IMG/VR virus record: IMGVR_UViG_3300008107_000009
Length of the DNA stretch: 60,861 nt
Origin: an uncultured virus (IMG/VR IMGVR_UViG_3300008107_000009)
Taxonomy: Duplodnaviria; Heunggongvirae; Uroviricota; Caudoviricetes
Direction: 5' to 3' (one strand)
This document shows positions 46,000-55,800 of this stretch, piece by piece. Under the pieces are notes generated by a model, which was given only the letters and a program-made list of their open reading frames with translations, searched no databases and was not told the origin of the DNA. The first letter of the stretch is position 1; every line of letters begins with the position of its first letter. The position numbers and the translations under genes are program-made.

Positions 46000-47664
46000 C
46001 TATACCTTCTCTATTAAAAGATCAGAGAAGTTGTTTCTTTTCTGAATTTCTATCTTGTAATCGAAAATTTCGGTAGGCATTGGAGCGTGATTGATCACAA
46101 AAACATTAAGTCCGTGGTCATCACAAACTTTTCTGAGGGTGTTTAGAATCGTGTAAACCCCGTCCGGATCTACAGAACTAAAAATTTCATCCAAAAATAG
46201 AAGATTTATGCTACTGAATCTTATTTTCATCAGCTTTATAACGGAAAGAAGTACAGCAAAATCAACTTTCTTCATTTCTCCGGTGCTTAAAGTTGAAATT
46301 GATATATCCTCACCCATATGGATGATAGAAGCATTAAAATCCTCGTCAAAGGTAACTGTATATGAAAGATGCAGGGATTGCATTAATTCCGCTATATGGT
46401 TATTTAAAGAAGGAAGAATGGTTTTAAGCGCTAGTTGCTTGATTCCTTTTTCCCCTAGGATTTCCTCTATCTTCTTAAGCCACTCACTTTTTTTATCCTC
46501 CTTAGATTTTTCTTCGGTAAATCCCTGGATATTGTTTCTTGTCTCCTCTGCTATTTTTTTAAGAGAATCTATTCCATCCGAGGAAGCACCGGATTTTAGT
46601 TTTTTTAGTTCTTCTTTTGCAGAGTTTATGTTGACTATAATCTTGTTACCTTTGGTGTTTATTTCCTCTCTTTCCTTTCTTAGATTTGCTTCTTTGGAAG
46701 AGCAATCATCATAATTTTTTTGAGCATCTAGAATTTCTTTTTTAAAATCATCGATCTGTTTAAGTAGTCCATCTTTTATTCCCTGATGAAAAATACTAGA
46801 AAGATCTGAAGCGCATGTCGGGCATTTATCGTTATTATAAAGTCTCATCTTTTCTTCCACTCCTCTTAACGATCCCTTAGACTCTGTTAATATCTTGTAT
46901 GCTTTTCTGGTTTCCCCCTGGAGATCTGATTCTAATCTCGAAAATTCAGAGGTTTTTGTTTTGTGTATTTCTAATAGCTGGTTGTATTTGGAAATTTTAT
47001 CCTCCAAATCACTTATCTTATCCTTAGAAACCTCTAGAATCTTTTTAGAAAGAACATCCATTTCTTCCTGTGTTCTGCTAAGTGTTTTAGAAAGAGAATC
47101 AACTTCCCCCGAAATCCTGATCAAATTTTCTCGAATGGATTTAGTTTCTTCCTTCAGAAGATCCCTCATTTCGTTGATCACATAAAATCCGAATATTTTA
47201 TCAATGATGGATTTTTTATCCGACGGAGACATTTTAAGGAAGCTCTTAAAATCATTAATTGATAAAGAAATTGTATTGTTAAAAACGTAGTTAGGAATTT
47301 GGATTATATCATCGGTTAAATAGTCCTGTACTGACCTAGAACCAGCCTTATCATATAATGATCCATTAACATATAGGTTAAAAATTGAGGGATCTAAACC
47401 TCTCTCAACTGAATATTCCTCCCCATTTACTAAGAAAGTTATTTTCACCCAAGCATTTCCGTTAATTCTATTAGGAATATCCTTTAGTTTTTTCCCGTCG
47501 AGTTTACCATAAAGACCGAAAGTTATAACGTCGGATATTGTGGATTTACCTGCTCCGTTTTCTCCTACTACTAAATATAATCCAGGGTTATCCCCGAAAG
47601 TTAGAGATTGTATTTTATTTCCATAGGAAGCAAAATTTCTCCATTCTATTTTTGATAATCTCAT
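46000..47664 (-). CDS. Recombination ATPase (T4 gp46 / SbcC / Rad50)
   Basis: NFASYGN, GENGAGKST, CPTC zinc hook, LSTGE, LFLDEIF and VINH. Confidence 0.95.
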   Translation of the reverse strand: MRLSKIEWRNFASYGNKIQSLTFGDNPGLYLVVGENGAGKSTISDVITFGLYGKLDGKKLKDIPNRINGNAWVKITFLVNGEEYSVERGLDPSIFNLYVNGSLYDKAGSRSVQDYLTDDIIQIPNYVFNNTISLSINDFKSFLKMSPSDKKSIIDKIFGFYVINEMRDLLKEETKSIRENLIRISGEVDSLSKTLSRTQEEMDVLSKKILEVSKDKISDLEDKISKYNQLLEIHKTKTSEFSRLESDLQGETRKAYKILTESKGSLRGVEEKMRLYNNDKCPTCASDLSSIFHQGIKDGLLKQIDDFKKEILDAQKNYDDCSSKEANLRKEREEINTKGNKIIVNINSAKEELKKLKSGASSDGIDSLKKIAEETRNNIQGFTEEKSKEDKKSEWLKKIEEILGEKGIKQLALKTILPSLNNHIAELMQSLHLSYTVTFDEDFNASIIHMGEDISISTLSTGEMKKVDFAVLLSVIKLMKIRFSSINLLFLDEIFSSVDPDGVYTILNTLRKVCDDHGLNVFVINHAPMPTEIFDYKIEIQKRNNFSDLLIEKV

Positions 47665-48755
47665 TCTTTTTCCTCTTTGTGAGCTATTCTATTATAGAGA
47701 ACTTTTATTGTTTTTTTCATTCTCTCCTTAACTTCGTCTGGTTCATCCAAAGCACCGATATATTGATCAGCAAAATCTATAATGGAAAAATTCTTACCAT
47801 CTAGGTTGAACAATGTTTCCTCTACATTTTGTTCTGCCTGATTTTCTGTTATTGGTGTGAAGTTTGTTTTTAACTGTGTTGACACCATTTCAGTTAAAAT
47901 CCCAAGAGAAGCCTTTACTGCTAGTTTTGGGTCTATTAAAATATCAACGAAATTGTTTCTAAAAATCTCACTAAGTTCTGAAGGAGTTTTTTCCAGAACC
48001 CGATCAAACCCCATTCGGATAAATTTAGGAGAAAAATCGTTTTCGAATAGCTTTTCTTCCTCTGTTGACAGATCAAGTAAAAGTATTGCCTTTTTGTTAT
48101 CCATATCGGATCTAGTTAGTTGATAGGGTGATCCTAGCATTCTAACCTTACCAAAATTTTGAGAGTAATGGATGTGCCCAGAATAAACTCGATTGAAATT
48201 TTCCAGCTTATTATAGCCAATTCCTTCCTCTATTTTTGTGTATTTATTAAAGCTAAGTCCTTTAATATCGCTGTGGCAGAAAAGATAATCGTGTTCTTCC
48301 GCTTCAGAAAGTAGCTCAACCGCGGATTCTTCGCTAGTTCTCCACGGCATCATGAGAACTTTTCTAGTCCCCAATTTAATACTTTCAGGCTCCTCGTATA
48401 TTTTCACATTAGGAATCCATTTTAGAGAACTAAGAGAATTAATGTCATTAGATTCTTTGGAGTAGCAGTCATGATTTCCTAAAATTACATATACTCCATC
48501 GGGAAAAATCTTAGAGAGTTCACTAAAGATCTCAACACACAAGTTTAATACCTTGAGATTAATACTTTGTCTGGAGTCGTAAACATCACCCAAGTGAACT
48601 AAAGCATCACCAGGCTTATATTCTTTTTTAACCAAAGGTATAAACCATTCAAAAAAATATTTTCTCATGATTTGGATCCACTCTTCCGAGCTATTTCTGA
48701 CACCCAGATGGGTATCTGTTATCATCCAAACCCTTTTAATCTTTGATGAATCCAT
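47661..48755 (-). CDS. Recombination nuclease (T4 gp47 / SbcD / Mre11)
   Basis: TDTHLG, HLGDVYD, GNHD, SGHIH and GSPYQLT. Confidence 0.95.
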   Translation of the reverse strand: MDSSKIKRVWMITDTHLGVRNSSEEWIQIMRKYFFEWFIPLVKKEYKPGDALVHLGDVYDSRQSINLKVLNLCVEIFSELSKIFPDGVYVILGNHDCYSKESNDINSLSSLKWIPNVKIYEEPESIKLGTRKVLMMPWRTSEESAVELLSEAEEHDYLFCHSDIKGLSFNKYTKIEEGIGYNKLENFNRVYSGHIHYSQNFGKVRMLGSPYQLTRSDMDNKKAILLLDLSTEEEKLFENDFSPKFIRMGFDRVLEKTPSELSEIFRNNFVDILIDPKLAVKASLGILTEMVSTQLKTNFTPITENQAEQNVEETLFNLDGKNFSIIDFADQYIGALDEPDEVKERMKKTIKVLYNRIAHKEEKE

Positions 48756-49214
48756 TTAGAATATTTTCTTGATCTTCTTTTTGGAAACAATTCCAAATTT
48801 TTGATCCATTTCGTTAACAATAATTTCTTTGTATTTCATGTGTATTAGCTCGTAAGCTTTCTGATATCCCACGTTCATGAAATCACATATAGTAACAAAT
48901 TTTTCTACCATACTAAATTCGGTACCTTCCATTTCTTCTAATAGATCTTGAAATAAAAATGGGATCAAGTCCTTAGGTATTTTTTTATTCGGTCCCAAAG
49001 CACACCATCTAGATCTGTGAAAAATTTCATAAACTAAAGTGTTTAATGCTGATAGATGCCTGTAATTTTCATCGTCATTATCCTTGCTAGTTTTAAATGA
49101 ATGATAATCTCTACTTCCATCATCTATATGTAGGTATTCTTCAAACGTTGAATCCTGAGCGGGTAATTCTATTTCTTTCTTCTCTTCCTCTTCAATTAGT
49201 TTTTTCTGTTTCAT
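48756..49214 (-). CDS. Hypothetical protein; C-terminal half weakly resembles the late co-activator gp33
   Basis: The helical pattern FSMVEKFVTICDFMNV....YELI...YKEII..E recalls gp33; judged by eye only. Confidence 0.35.
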   Translation of the reverse strand: MKQKKLIEEEEKKEIELPAQDSTFEEYLHIDDGSRDYHSFKTSKDNDDENYRHLSALNTLVYEIFHRSRWCALGPNKKIPKDLIPFLFQDLLEEMEGTEFSMVEKFVTICDFMNVGYQKAYELIHMKYKEIIVNEMDQKFGIVSKKKIKKIF

Positions 49215-50518
49215 TAAGACTCATTCATTATTTGGGAGTTGGGATCTTCGGAGATCCTCATAAAGCTATAATCAACGAGGAATTTTTTATAAGAATTTTT
49301 ATATCCTTCATCTCTATTAGCTAGTACCTTTAATTTATATTCATTATTGGAGTACATCAGTGGATCTTGAATAATACCAAACATACCATCGACTGTTGCA
49401 ACAAGTCCAGATGATTCTGAAGCCGAATTCATGGAAAGATCTGTAGCATCGAATTCAGATTGCTTGGTTTGTGTTGCTGTAATAACGGACCAATTATTTC
49501 TCTGTGCCATCGCTCTTAGATCCTCCGCTATTTGCTTAATCTTCATGTAGGTGTTCTCTGTGTTTGGATTTCTCCAGTTCTTCATGATATTAATGTAGTC
49601 TATGACTACTATCTTAAACTTAATACCTTTGACTTCTTCAACCTTTCTGAGCCATTTTTCAACATCTAGAACTGATGCCTGGCTAGTACCAAATTCCTTT
49701 ACGTAAAGCTGGCCTGGAACTGACAGGTTATCAAAAGTTAGATTTCTAATTTTCTTCTTGATCAGTTCCCCGTCCTCTGTCGCATTATTATATTCTGACA
49801 TTTTGATGCCAAGAAGATTAGCTCCTACCCTTTTCATATACTTGCGATCGTTAAGTTCCAATGTTATAATCGCAACATTATTTGAAGCCCTGATTGCTTG
49901 TGCTGCTATATTTCCTAGCCATAGAGTTTTTCCTACCTTAGGTTGACCTAGAAAAACATAAAGGTTTTTGGCAGAAAATCCACCGCCAAGACAAATATCA
50001 ATAAAATCATACCCGGAAGAGAATGTATTAGATTTGGGTTGTTTGTGATTTTCGGGATCAGTGAAATCCAATCCAAGATCAAAAGAAAAGTCAAGGCTGT
50101 TTCTTTCGTTAATAATGGTTTTAAAAGTGTTAACTACATCCTTGATATTTTCGGGGGAAACCTCAGTTGATTTAATGTATGAAATAGAATCCATCGCACT
50201 TTGCTCTAGATTCTTCCATTCTATCCAGGCTTCTGTGTTTTCTTTTAGCCATTCGGAATCATAGTCATTAAGCTTAATGTCGAAGATAACATCAATCTGT
50301 GATTCTGGAAGTTTGTCGTTCAGCTTTAACATCTTAACAATTTCCTTAACCTGCTGGGTAGAAGGAAGTTGTGAATATTTTTTCCAAAATGACTTGACTA
50401 TTTTAAAACATTCCTGATATCTGACATCCTTAAAGAAAGAAGGTTTAGCAGCTTCCACGTAAATTGGATCAGAAATTATGCTACAAAACCATACGTTCTC
50501 TAAATGTGAATTAACCAT
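49214..50518 (-). CDS. Replicative helicase (T4 gp41 / DnaB)
   Basis: GQPKVGKT, ITLEL, VIDYINIM, IAEDLRAMA, TATQT and SESSGL. Confidence 0.95.
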   Translation of the reverse strand: MVNSHLENVWFCSIISDPIYVEAAKPSFFKDVRYQECFKIVKSFWKKYSQLPSTQQVKEIVKMLKLNDKLPESQIDVIFDIKLNDYDSEWLKENTEAWIEWKNLEQSAMDSISYIKSTEVSPENIKDVVNTFKTIINERNSLDFSFDLGLDFTDPENHKQPKSNTFSSGYDFIDICLGGGFSAKNLYVFLGQPKVGKTLWLGNIAAQAIRASNNVAIITLELNDRKYMKRVGANLLGIKMSEYNNATEDGELIKKKIRNLTFDNLSVPGQLYVKEFGTSQASVLDVEKWLRKVEEVKGIKFKIVVIDYINIMKNWRNPNTENTYMKIKQIAEDLRAMAQRNNWSVITATQTKQSEFDATDLSMNSASESSGLVATVDGMFGIIQDPLMYSNNEYKLKVLANRDEGYKNSYKKFLVDYSFMRISEDPNSQIMNES

Positions 50519-50523
50519 AATTA

Positions 50524-50835
50524 TTAATAGTGAGGGTTATCTTTAATCTTATAAACGGTCTTATTTCCTTTAGACTTCTGTCGCTCAAAAATTCCCTTTT
50601 CGATCAAAGATTTTATTATTTCTCCGTGTTTTTTAGATTCCCAATCATTGGGTAAAAAAGAATTGAAGGTCTGTTCTGAAAATTCTCCCTGTGGTCGACC
50701 ATCTCTAACTAGATAAGAATTTAATTCAAAAATCACATCTTCCTCACGTGGATAATCTGGAAGTTCTTTCCAGATACCCATGTGATATTTCATCTTTAAT
50801 TTATTCTTGTCCATCTTCTTCGTCTGATTCTTCAC
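50524..50835 (-). CDS. Hypothetical winged-helix-like protein
   Basis: C-terminal IIKSLIEKGIFERQK...YKI. The true start may be the internal MDKNK. Confidence 0.55.
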   Translation of the reverse strand: MKNQTKKMDKNKLKMKYHMGIWKELPDYPREEDVIFELNSYLVRDGRPQGEFSEQTFNSFLPNDWESKKHGEIIKSLIEKGIFERQKSKGNKTVYKIKDNPHY

Positions 50836-51982
50836 CGTTAACTATAGCATCCAGTTCATTCATGTCGAATAAATCAGGCAACAAGAAATGAGGTTTAATT
50901 GCTTTTTCGTCTATTTTTCTTAAAACCTCTTCTGTAAAGACTTCAGGCGTGAATAATTGTGAAGAGAATATAGATTTACCCAAATGAGCAATTGCCCATT
51001 TTGTGGAAGATGCACTAGCGGTGAATTCTAATTCGCCTGTTTTTTTATCTACCTCCAATTTTCCTCTTTCGATTCCACAAATGTCCCAAGAAACAAACTC
51101 TTCCAAACCAACATACGGATTCATACCATTGATAAAAGAAATGTGGAATTTTGTTGGATATGGTCTTGTAAATCTTGTTTTCTTGGGAGTCGATGTAACG
51201 ATGATACCGGTTTTCTTATCGTTGCTATCCTTAAGCTGTGCTTTCGATAGCATGATAACATTACTCATAGAGAAAATCGGTCCGTCACCTCCGGAAGCTT
51301 CTTTGGTCGTCATAAAACTTCCAATACCAGCAGTTGTTGTGTGGTTGGTACAAATTAAAGGAATTCTAACTCCGGTTAGATCTAATGTGATCTCTCTGAA
51401 TAGCCCTCTCATTTCTTTGGATCTGATACCCATATCCATTGCAGTTTTACCTTTTAAAGCATCTGCTGATTCTTTCATTGTTGTAAGCATCCCCAGAGAA
51501 TCCAAAACCAATAAAATTTTAGGATCTGCTCCATCTTTTCTAAGTTTTTTAATCTGATCTACCAGATTGGCAACAAATACTTTAAAATCTGAAATTGATT
51601 TAATTGGCTGATATCTTACAGTGTTGGTGTCAATTCCAAATTTCTTTGCCATTGATCTATCGATGGCTCCCTCTGTATCACAATAGATTACATTATATCC
51701 TTGCTTTTGTGATTCTCTTACTATATTCATACAAAGAAAGCTTTTTCCAGTTTGTGGATCGCCTGCTATTCCCATCGATCTGTTATTAGCTACTCCGCCA
51801 AAAAGACTTCCGGAAAGCTGTGCATTTAAAACGTAATTTCCCGTTCCTATCCACTCAGTAACTTCGGAAAATTCATTTTCTTCTAAAATTGAACCAGCTT
51901 CAAACCCTTCTATTTTTGAAAGTTGTTTATCGAGTTCTAGGAATGAAAATTCTTTCTTGGATGTTGATTTTTCTTTAGCCAT
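50801..51982 (-). CDS. uvsX: RecA-like recombinase (UvsX)
   Basis: TGNYVLNAQLSGSLFGG, GDPQTGKS, DTEGA, LDSLGML, DMG.R.K, TNH and SGG.G. Confidence 0.95.
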   Translation of the reverse strand: MAKEKSTSKKEFSFLELDKQLSKIEGFEAGSILEENEFSEVTEWIGTGNYVLNAQLSGSLFGGVANNRSMGIAGDPQTGKSFLCMNIVRESQKQGYNVIYCDTEGAIDRSMAKKFGIDTNTVRYQPIKSISDFKVFVANLVDQIKKLRKDGADPKILLVLDSLGMLTTMKESADALKGKTAMDMGIRSKEMRGLFREITLDLTGVRIPLICTNHTTTAGIGSFMTTKEASGGDGPIFSMSNVIMLSKAQLKDSNDKKTGIIVTSTPKKTRFTRPYPTKFHISFINGMNPYVGLEEFVSWDICGIERGKLEVDKKTGELEFTASASSTKWAIAHLGKSIFSSQLFTPEVFTEEVLRKIDEKAIKPHFLLPDLFDMNELDAIVNGEESDEEDGQE

Positions 51983-52021
51983 ATTTTCTAATTAATTTAA
52001 TATTATAGACCTGAAACCATA

Positions 52022-52327
52022 TTAGATTTCCACCTTATGGACTGCAAATTTTATGATATCGGAATCTGTTCTGTTCTCATTTTCGAATCTCCCGTCCATT
52101 TCACTAAGAATAAAAAGATTTTTCCCGATTTCCCTAGCTATTTCCCTAAGAGAATCCTTATCCCTTGTTAAGTCTAAATCCCCGTGCCAAATCTTCCCCT
52201 CTCCTAAAACAAACACGTTCGCATTAAAATAAACCTCGTTGTCAGGATACAAGTCTCTGTATCTGGATTTTGATCCGCTGATCATCCTCCCCGGAATAAA
52301 ACCTTTTGAATAAAAAACGTCTTTCAT
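52022..52327 (-). CDS. Hypothetical protein
   Basis: 101 aa containing GRMISGSKS.YR...P.N.VYFNAN and IWHGDLDL. Confidence 0.7.
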   Translation of the reverse strand: MKDVFYSKGFIPGRMISGSKSRYRDLYPDNEVYFNANVFVLGEGKIWHGDLDLTRDKDSLREIAREIGKNLFILSEMDGRFENENRTDSDIIKFAVHKVEI

Positions 52328-52349
52328 TTTGATATTTTTTGATGGACAA

Positions 52350-52374
52350 TAAAAAAAGCAGACTCTCGTCTGCT
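52350..52374 (-). terminator. Intrinsic terminator
   Basis: AGCAGAC-GAGA-GUCUGCU followed by a U-tract. Confidence 0.85.
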
Positions 52375-52397
52375 TCTTCTATTCAAATTCTTTCAAG

Positions 52398-52592
52398 TTA
52401 TTTCACTTGTTCTACTGGTTCAGCTGGTGCTTCTTCAGTTGGGATTTGAGCCGTTGTTGAGTCATTTGCAGTTACTGCTAAAGAATCAACTTGCACTGCG
52501 GTAGAATCTACTGTAGATTCTGAATTAGAAGATCCAGAACCACAAGAAACTAAAGCAAAAGATAATGCGAAAATTCCTAAGATTTTTTTCAT
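52398..52592 (-). CDS. Small Bacteroidota-type lipoprotein
   Basis: MKKILGIFALSFALVS-C lipobox followed by VDSTAVQVDSLAV repeats. Start reassigned to ATG 52592; GATATATA lies at 52614-52621. Confidence 0.8.
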   Translation of the reverse strand: MKKILGIFALSFALVSCGSGSSNSESTVDSTAVQVDSLAVTANDSTTAQIPTEEAPAEPVEQVK

Positions 52593-52638
52593 GTTTTTGA
52601 TTAATTTAAGTCTTATATATCTAAAATGTTCTTTGGTT

Positions 52639-53097
52639 TCAGCGGCAAAGCTCGTTTGCTGCACTGATTGCGATAAGGGTTTCGGGTTTTACAGCGTAAT
52701 TATATCCCATGCTTTCAACATATCCGACTGCAGCTTTTAAAACGATGTTAGACTTATATTTCGGGCTTGTGTTATAATCCAGATCTATCTGGTGAATATC
52801 AATTTTTCCCTCGAATTTCAAATATCCCGCAACATCAATAGCTCTGTTAAGTTCGCCCCAGAGTTTAGACCAAAGATCCTTTACCCTTGGGATTACCTCT
52901 CTTTGATAAATTACATGAGCTCCTCTGTTTTCGTACCTAAAGACAACTGTTGTAACATAAACTGTTTTTGTTGCATATGACTGGCTATCACAACCCACAT
53001 GTATTTTAGAATCTGGGTTTTTTGCCAGAATTTCCTTTGCATATAATAATAGATCAGCTACATTTTCCCCACCGATCTTTTTAAATTCTCTTGTCAT
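52639..53097 (-). CDS. RNase H-like YkuK / DUF458 protein
   Basis: HVGCDSQ, RGAHVIY, LWGE, IDLDYN and KP....S.AAN. Confidence 0.85.
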   Translation of the reverse strand: MTREFKKIGGENVADLLLYAKEILAKNPDSKIHVGCDSQSYATKTVYVTTVVFRYENRGAHVIYQREVIPRVKDLWSKLWGELNRAIDVAGYLKFEGKIDIHQIDLDYNTSPKYKSNIVLKAAVGYVESMGYNYAVKPETLIAISAANELCR

Positions 53098-53105
53098 ATT
53101 CCCCT

Positions 53106-53375
53106 TTATTTTTTAGAGAAATCCCTTACGAACTTTTCTCCTGAAACGAACCATCTAGAATTTTCATCTAGTCTTTTTAATATGAATGTGTGCTCGCTGA
53201 CCTGTCCGATTATTGAGTATTCAATATCCTCGCTAATCCAGGTATCTTCGAGATCAGCCATCTTAAGATTCCATTTCCAGATAAACTTGGTAGCGTTTCT
53301 TTCAAAATACTTTCTGTAGTAAATTTCTAGATCTGGGCTAATGTCCTTAACTCTCCTAAAATTCTTGTCAGCCAT
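53106..53375 (-). CDS. Hypothetical protein
   Basis: 89 aa, preceded by GAAAC-N18-TATAAT. Confidence 0.65.
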   Translation of the reverse strand: MADKNFRRVKDISPDLEIYYRKYFERNATKFIWKWNLKMADLEDTWISEDIEYSIIGQVSEHTFILKRLDENSRWFVSGEKFVRDFSKK

Positions 53376-53391
53376 GGTTTATTTTTAATTT

Positions 53392-53420
53392 ATTATACAA
53401 TAAAAAAGCCCCGGGGTTTC
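53392..53420 (-). promoter_or_regulatory. GAAAC-N18-TATAAT promoter class; representative of about 6 copies
   Basis: Exact match also at 6656-6684; single-element variants at 29352-29380, 31955-31983, 52002-52030 and 55805-55833. Confidence 0.65.
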
Positions 53421-53428
53421 CGAGGCTT
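53402..53428 (-). terminator. Intrinsic terminator overlapping the next promoter
   Basis: AAGCCUCGG-AAAC-CCGGGGCUU followed by a U-tract. Confidence 0.85.
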
Positions 53429-53450
53429 CTAATTATTAGGTAAGATATTT

Positions 53451-53816
53451 TTAATCTCTGTATTTGTAATAGTTATAAACCTCCTCAATATCGTCTGCCG
53501 AAGTAGTAATGTGGTCAACTGCCCATTGCTCAACTTTACCAGAACTTTGAACCATAGAAACTAGTTGATTAGCCTGGTCGCATATTTTCTTCAAATTTGC
53601 TAATACCATATAGGGCTTAGCTTCACTCGGCTCTATTTCTATTTGTCCAGGAACCTCTTGTGAGAAAGTTGGCTCTTCCGCAAAGTCCATATCCATATCT
53701 TCTCCGTCCTCAGTGTCTTCCATGCCTAGATTATCATCAGCAACAGGAGCTTCATCAACAGGGGATTTAGACATTCTTTCCTTTTTATAATCTTCCATTT
53801 GTTTTAGGTTCTGCAT
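53451..53816 (-). CDS. Acidic late protein, probable internal head protein
   Basis: N-terminus MQNLKQMEDY, C-terminal EQWAVDHITTSADDIEEVYNY, and an upstream AATATATA. Confidence 0.55.
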   Translation of the reverse strand: MQNLKQMEDYKKERMSKSPVDEAPVADDNLGMEDTEDGEDMDMDFAEEPTFSQEVPGQIEIEPSEAKPYMVLANLKKICDQANQLVSMVQSSGKVEQWAVDHITTSADDIEEVYNYYKYRD

Positions 53817-53886
53817 AGTAATATGTTATATTTCTGTCTTTATATATTCTTCCCATGGTAAATTTCCTCTAAAAAAGAGGCTATTT

Positions 53887-54117
53887 TTAAATTTTTTCCA
53901 GGATCTTAGAAAGAAAATGGCACTTTTCATATTCTTCACGAGAAGAAAAATAGTCTAGCATTTCTCCTATCTCGCTTTTAGTACCTATCTTTCTAGCAAT
54001 TCTAACTGGATCCCCCAGCATAAAACAGCTATACATATTGTTATATGCAACATTTATTTGAGAATCGATCTCGACCTCAAATTGTTCTTCACCCAGGATT
54101 TTTTCAAAATTTTCCAT
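53887..54117 (-). CDS. Small early protein with a UVR-like C-terminal motif
   Basis: YFSSREEYEKCHFL; host-type promoter upstream. Confidence 0.6.
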   Translation of the reverse strand: MENFEKILGEEQFEVEIDSQINVAYNNMYSCFMLGDPVRIARKIGTKSEIGEMLDYFSSREEYEKCHFLSKILEKI

Positions 54118-54187
54118 CTTTTAAATTTGTTGTAAAAATAAGAGTTTTTCCCCGAAGATAAAAATGTAACTTTTGATATATAAAGGT

Positions 54188-54862
54188 ATGGAATTTTTGG
54201 CCAGATATAGTGATTATCGCAGTTCTCTAGTAAAAGAGTTTGTTTTTACTGAGGATCAAATAACAGAAAGCCTTATTATGCTAGAATCTAGTGATGAGCT
54301 TTTTGAATATTGGTATAATACAGTGTTTGACTTTGCGGCACTGATACCAGGAATTGGATCTTTTTTCGAGGGGATAAATTTAGTATCTTATGCTAAGCAG
54401 GGGGAATATCTTTTAGCTGGACTTTGCGCGATAGGATTAATTCCAATTTTTGGACAATATATCGGGGCAGGGGGTTCACTCCTAATAAAAACCTTAAGGG
54501 GAACAGGAAAAATAGGATCAAAAATGCTTGCTCCTGTAGCCTCGTTAGTTTCCAAATTTTTCCCTAAGATTACTAGGTTTCTTAAGAGCGCAGAATTTAC
54601 ATCTAAGTTTAAGGGAATAGGAAAGTACACTGATAACATGATACTAGCTTTGAAGGATCTTTCTGCAGGTAAAAAGGTCGGTATGATGGGGAAGATATTT
54701 ACCGCAAGAACTGAGGGTAAAGCTTTAACCAAATGGGGTCAGTGGCTAGTACCCGGAGGAAAGGGATCTGAAGCAGTTTCCGGTACAGATCCGAGAATAG
54801 CTTCTACCGCAGAAGAAAACTGGGAGCAGTTTATAAAGGCGGTTCCAATCCAGACATCATAA
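54188..54862 (+). CDS. Late protein with a pre-toxin TG-like hydrophobic hairpin
   Basis: FDFAALIPGIGSFFEGINLVSYAKQGEYLLAGLCAIGLIPIFG. GATATATA at 54175-54182 supports a start at ATG 54188. Confidence 0.6.
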   Translation: MEFLARYSDYRSSLVKEFVFTEDQITESLIMLESSDELFEYWYNTVFDFAALIPGIGSFFEGINLVSYAKQGEYLLAGLCAIGLIPIFGQYIGAGGSLLIKTLRGTGKIGSKMLAPVASLVSKFFPKITRFLKSAEFTSKFKGIGKYTDNMILALKDLSAGKKVGMMGKIFTARTEGKALTKWGQWLVPGGKGSEAVSGTDPRIASTAEENWEQFIKAVPIQTS

Positions 54863-54883
54863 AAAATCCGCCTTTCAGCGGAT
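54860..54883 (-). terminator. Intrinsic terminator between convergent genes
   Basis: atccgc-ctttca-gcggat inverted repeat flanked by an A-tract. Confidence 0.75.
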
Positions 54884-54908
54884 CTTCTATCACGAGTTAA
54901 ATCATTAA

Positions 54909-55700
54909 TTAAAATTTATTACCACAGGTTGGACAAAATTTCCAGTCCTGTCTGTTTCTTGTTCCACATTCTGTGCAGTAGGTTCGAATCTCTTTAGCCT
55001 CTATATTCTTTTGTGCAGTTGGAAGAATTTGATATTCTACAACGTTGCACGTCCAAGAATTAAAACTACCGTTGGCATCTTTAAAGTCCTGATCCGATTT
55101 AGATCCAGCTTCCACCCTCCCTGTTTCTATGGAATCTGCCCTTTTATTAACATTTCTAAAAACCTCATTGGTTGGTATATTTAAGCTTCCAGCAACACTT
55201 GAGGTGTAGGAAACGTTTGCATTATAAAAAGTGCTGGTTGTGGTATTTACCCACCCTCCTGTAGTTGTTCCGGTTCCATTAAAACGTGGATTTGTTATCC
55301 ATGTATTTCCACCAGAGGTAGAGAACGTGGTGTATTCATCATAAAACTCAATTTTAATTAAGCCATTATTGGCAATGGCTTCTTTAACCTCTTGAGAATT
55401 ATTTACCTTGTAAGTTGAGAATTTGAATTTCTCTGGGGAATCTAAGAATCTCTCTAGGAAGACCCTTTGTCCTGGATTAAGAATAATACCTCTTTCCGAG
55501 ATTCTTTTTCCGTTGATACTAATCTTAGCTAAAACTGGATTTGTTTTCGGATTGAAAAGTTCAATCTCGAATTCTTCGCCATCATTCAGATAAACTTGAT
55601 CTTTTGAAGATGGATAAACCTTTAGTCGGTTTTTCTTTTTTGTAATTTGGGCAACACACGGCTTAATAGCGCAGTACCCACTTGTTGAAGTGATATACAT
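54909..55700 (-). CDS. Hypothetical protein with C-terminal double zinc ribbon
   Basis: VYLNDGEEFEIELFNP N-terminal domain and YCTECG...KFCPTCG. Start reassigned to ATG 55700. Confidence 0.75.
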   Translation of the reverse strand: MYITSTSGYCAIKPCVAQITKKKNRLKVYPSSKDQVYLNDGEEFEIELFNPKTNPVLAKISINGKRISERGIILNPGQRVFLERFLDSPEKFKFSTYKVNNSQEVKEAIANNGLIKIEFYDEYTTFSTSGGNTWITNPRFNGTGTTTGGWVNTTTSTFYNANVSYTSSVAGSLNIPTNEVFRNVNKRADSIETGRVEAGSKSDQDFKDANGSFNSWTCNVVEYQILPTAQKNIEAKEIRTYCTECGTRNRQDWKFCPTCGNKF

Positions 55701-55715
55701 GATTTGTTCACTTAT

Positions 55716-55800
55716 ATTTAGCAACTTCCTTTGTGTCCCTCGTGAAGACACTCCAAGGCTGGTAGACCCGGAAGCAACTTAGAGTTAAGTCTCTAAATCA
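55716..55800 (-). ncRNA. Candidate structured cis-regulatory 5' leader
   Basis: Three hairpins plus an alternative long-range pairing in a GC-richer 100-nt leader (see findings). Confidence 0.45.
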
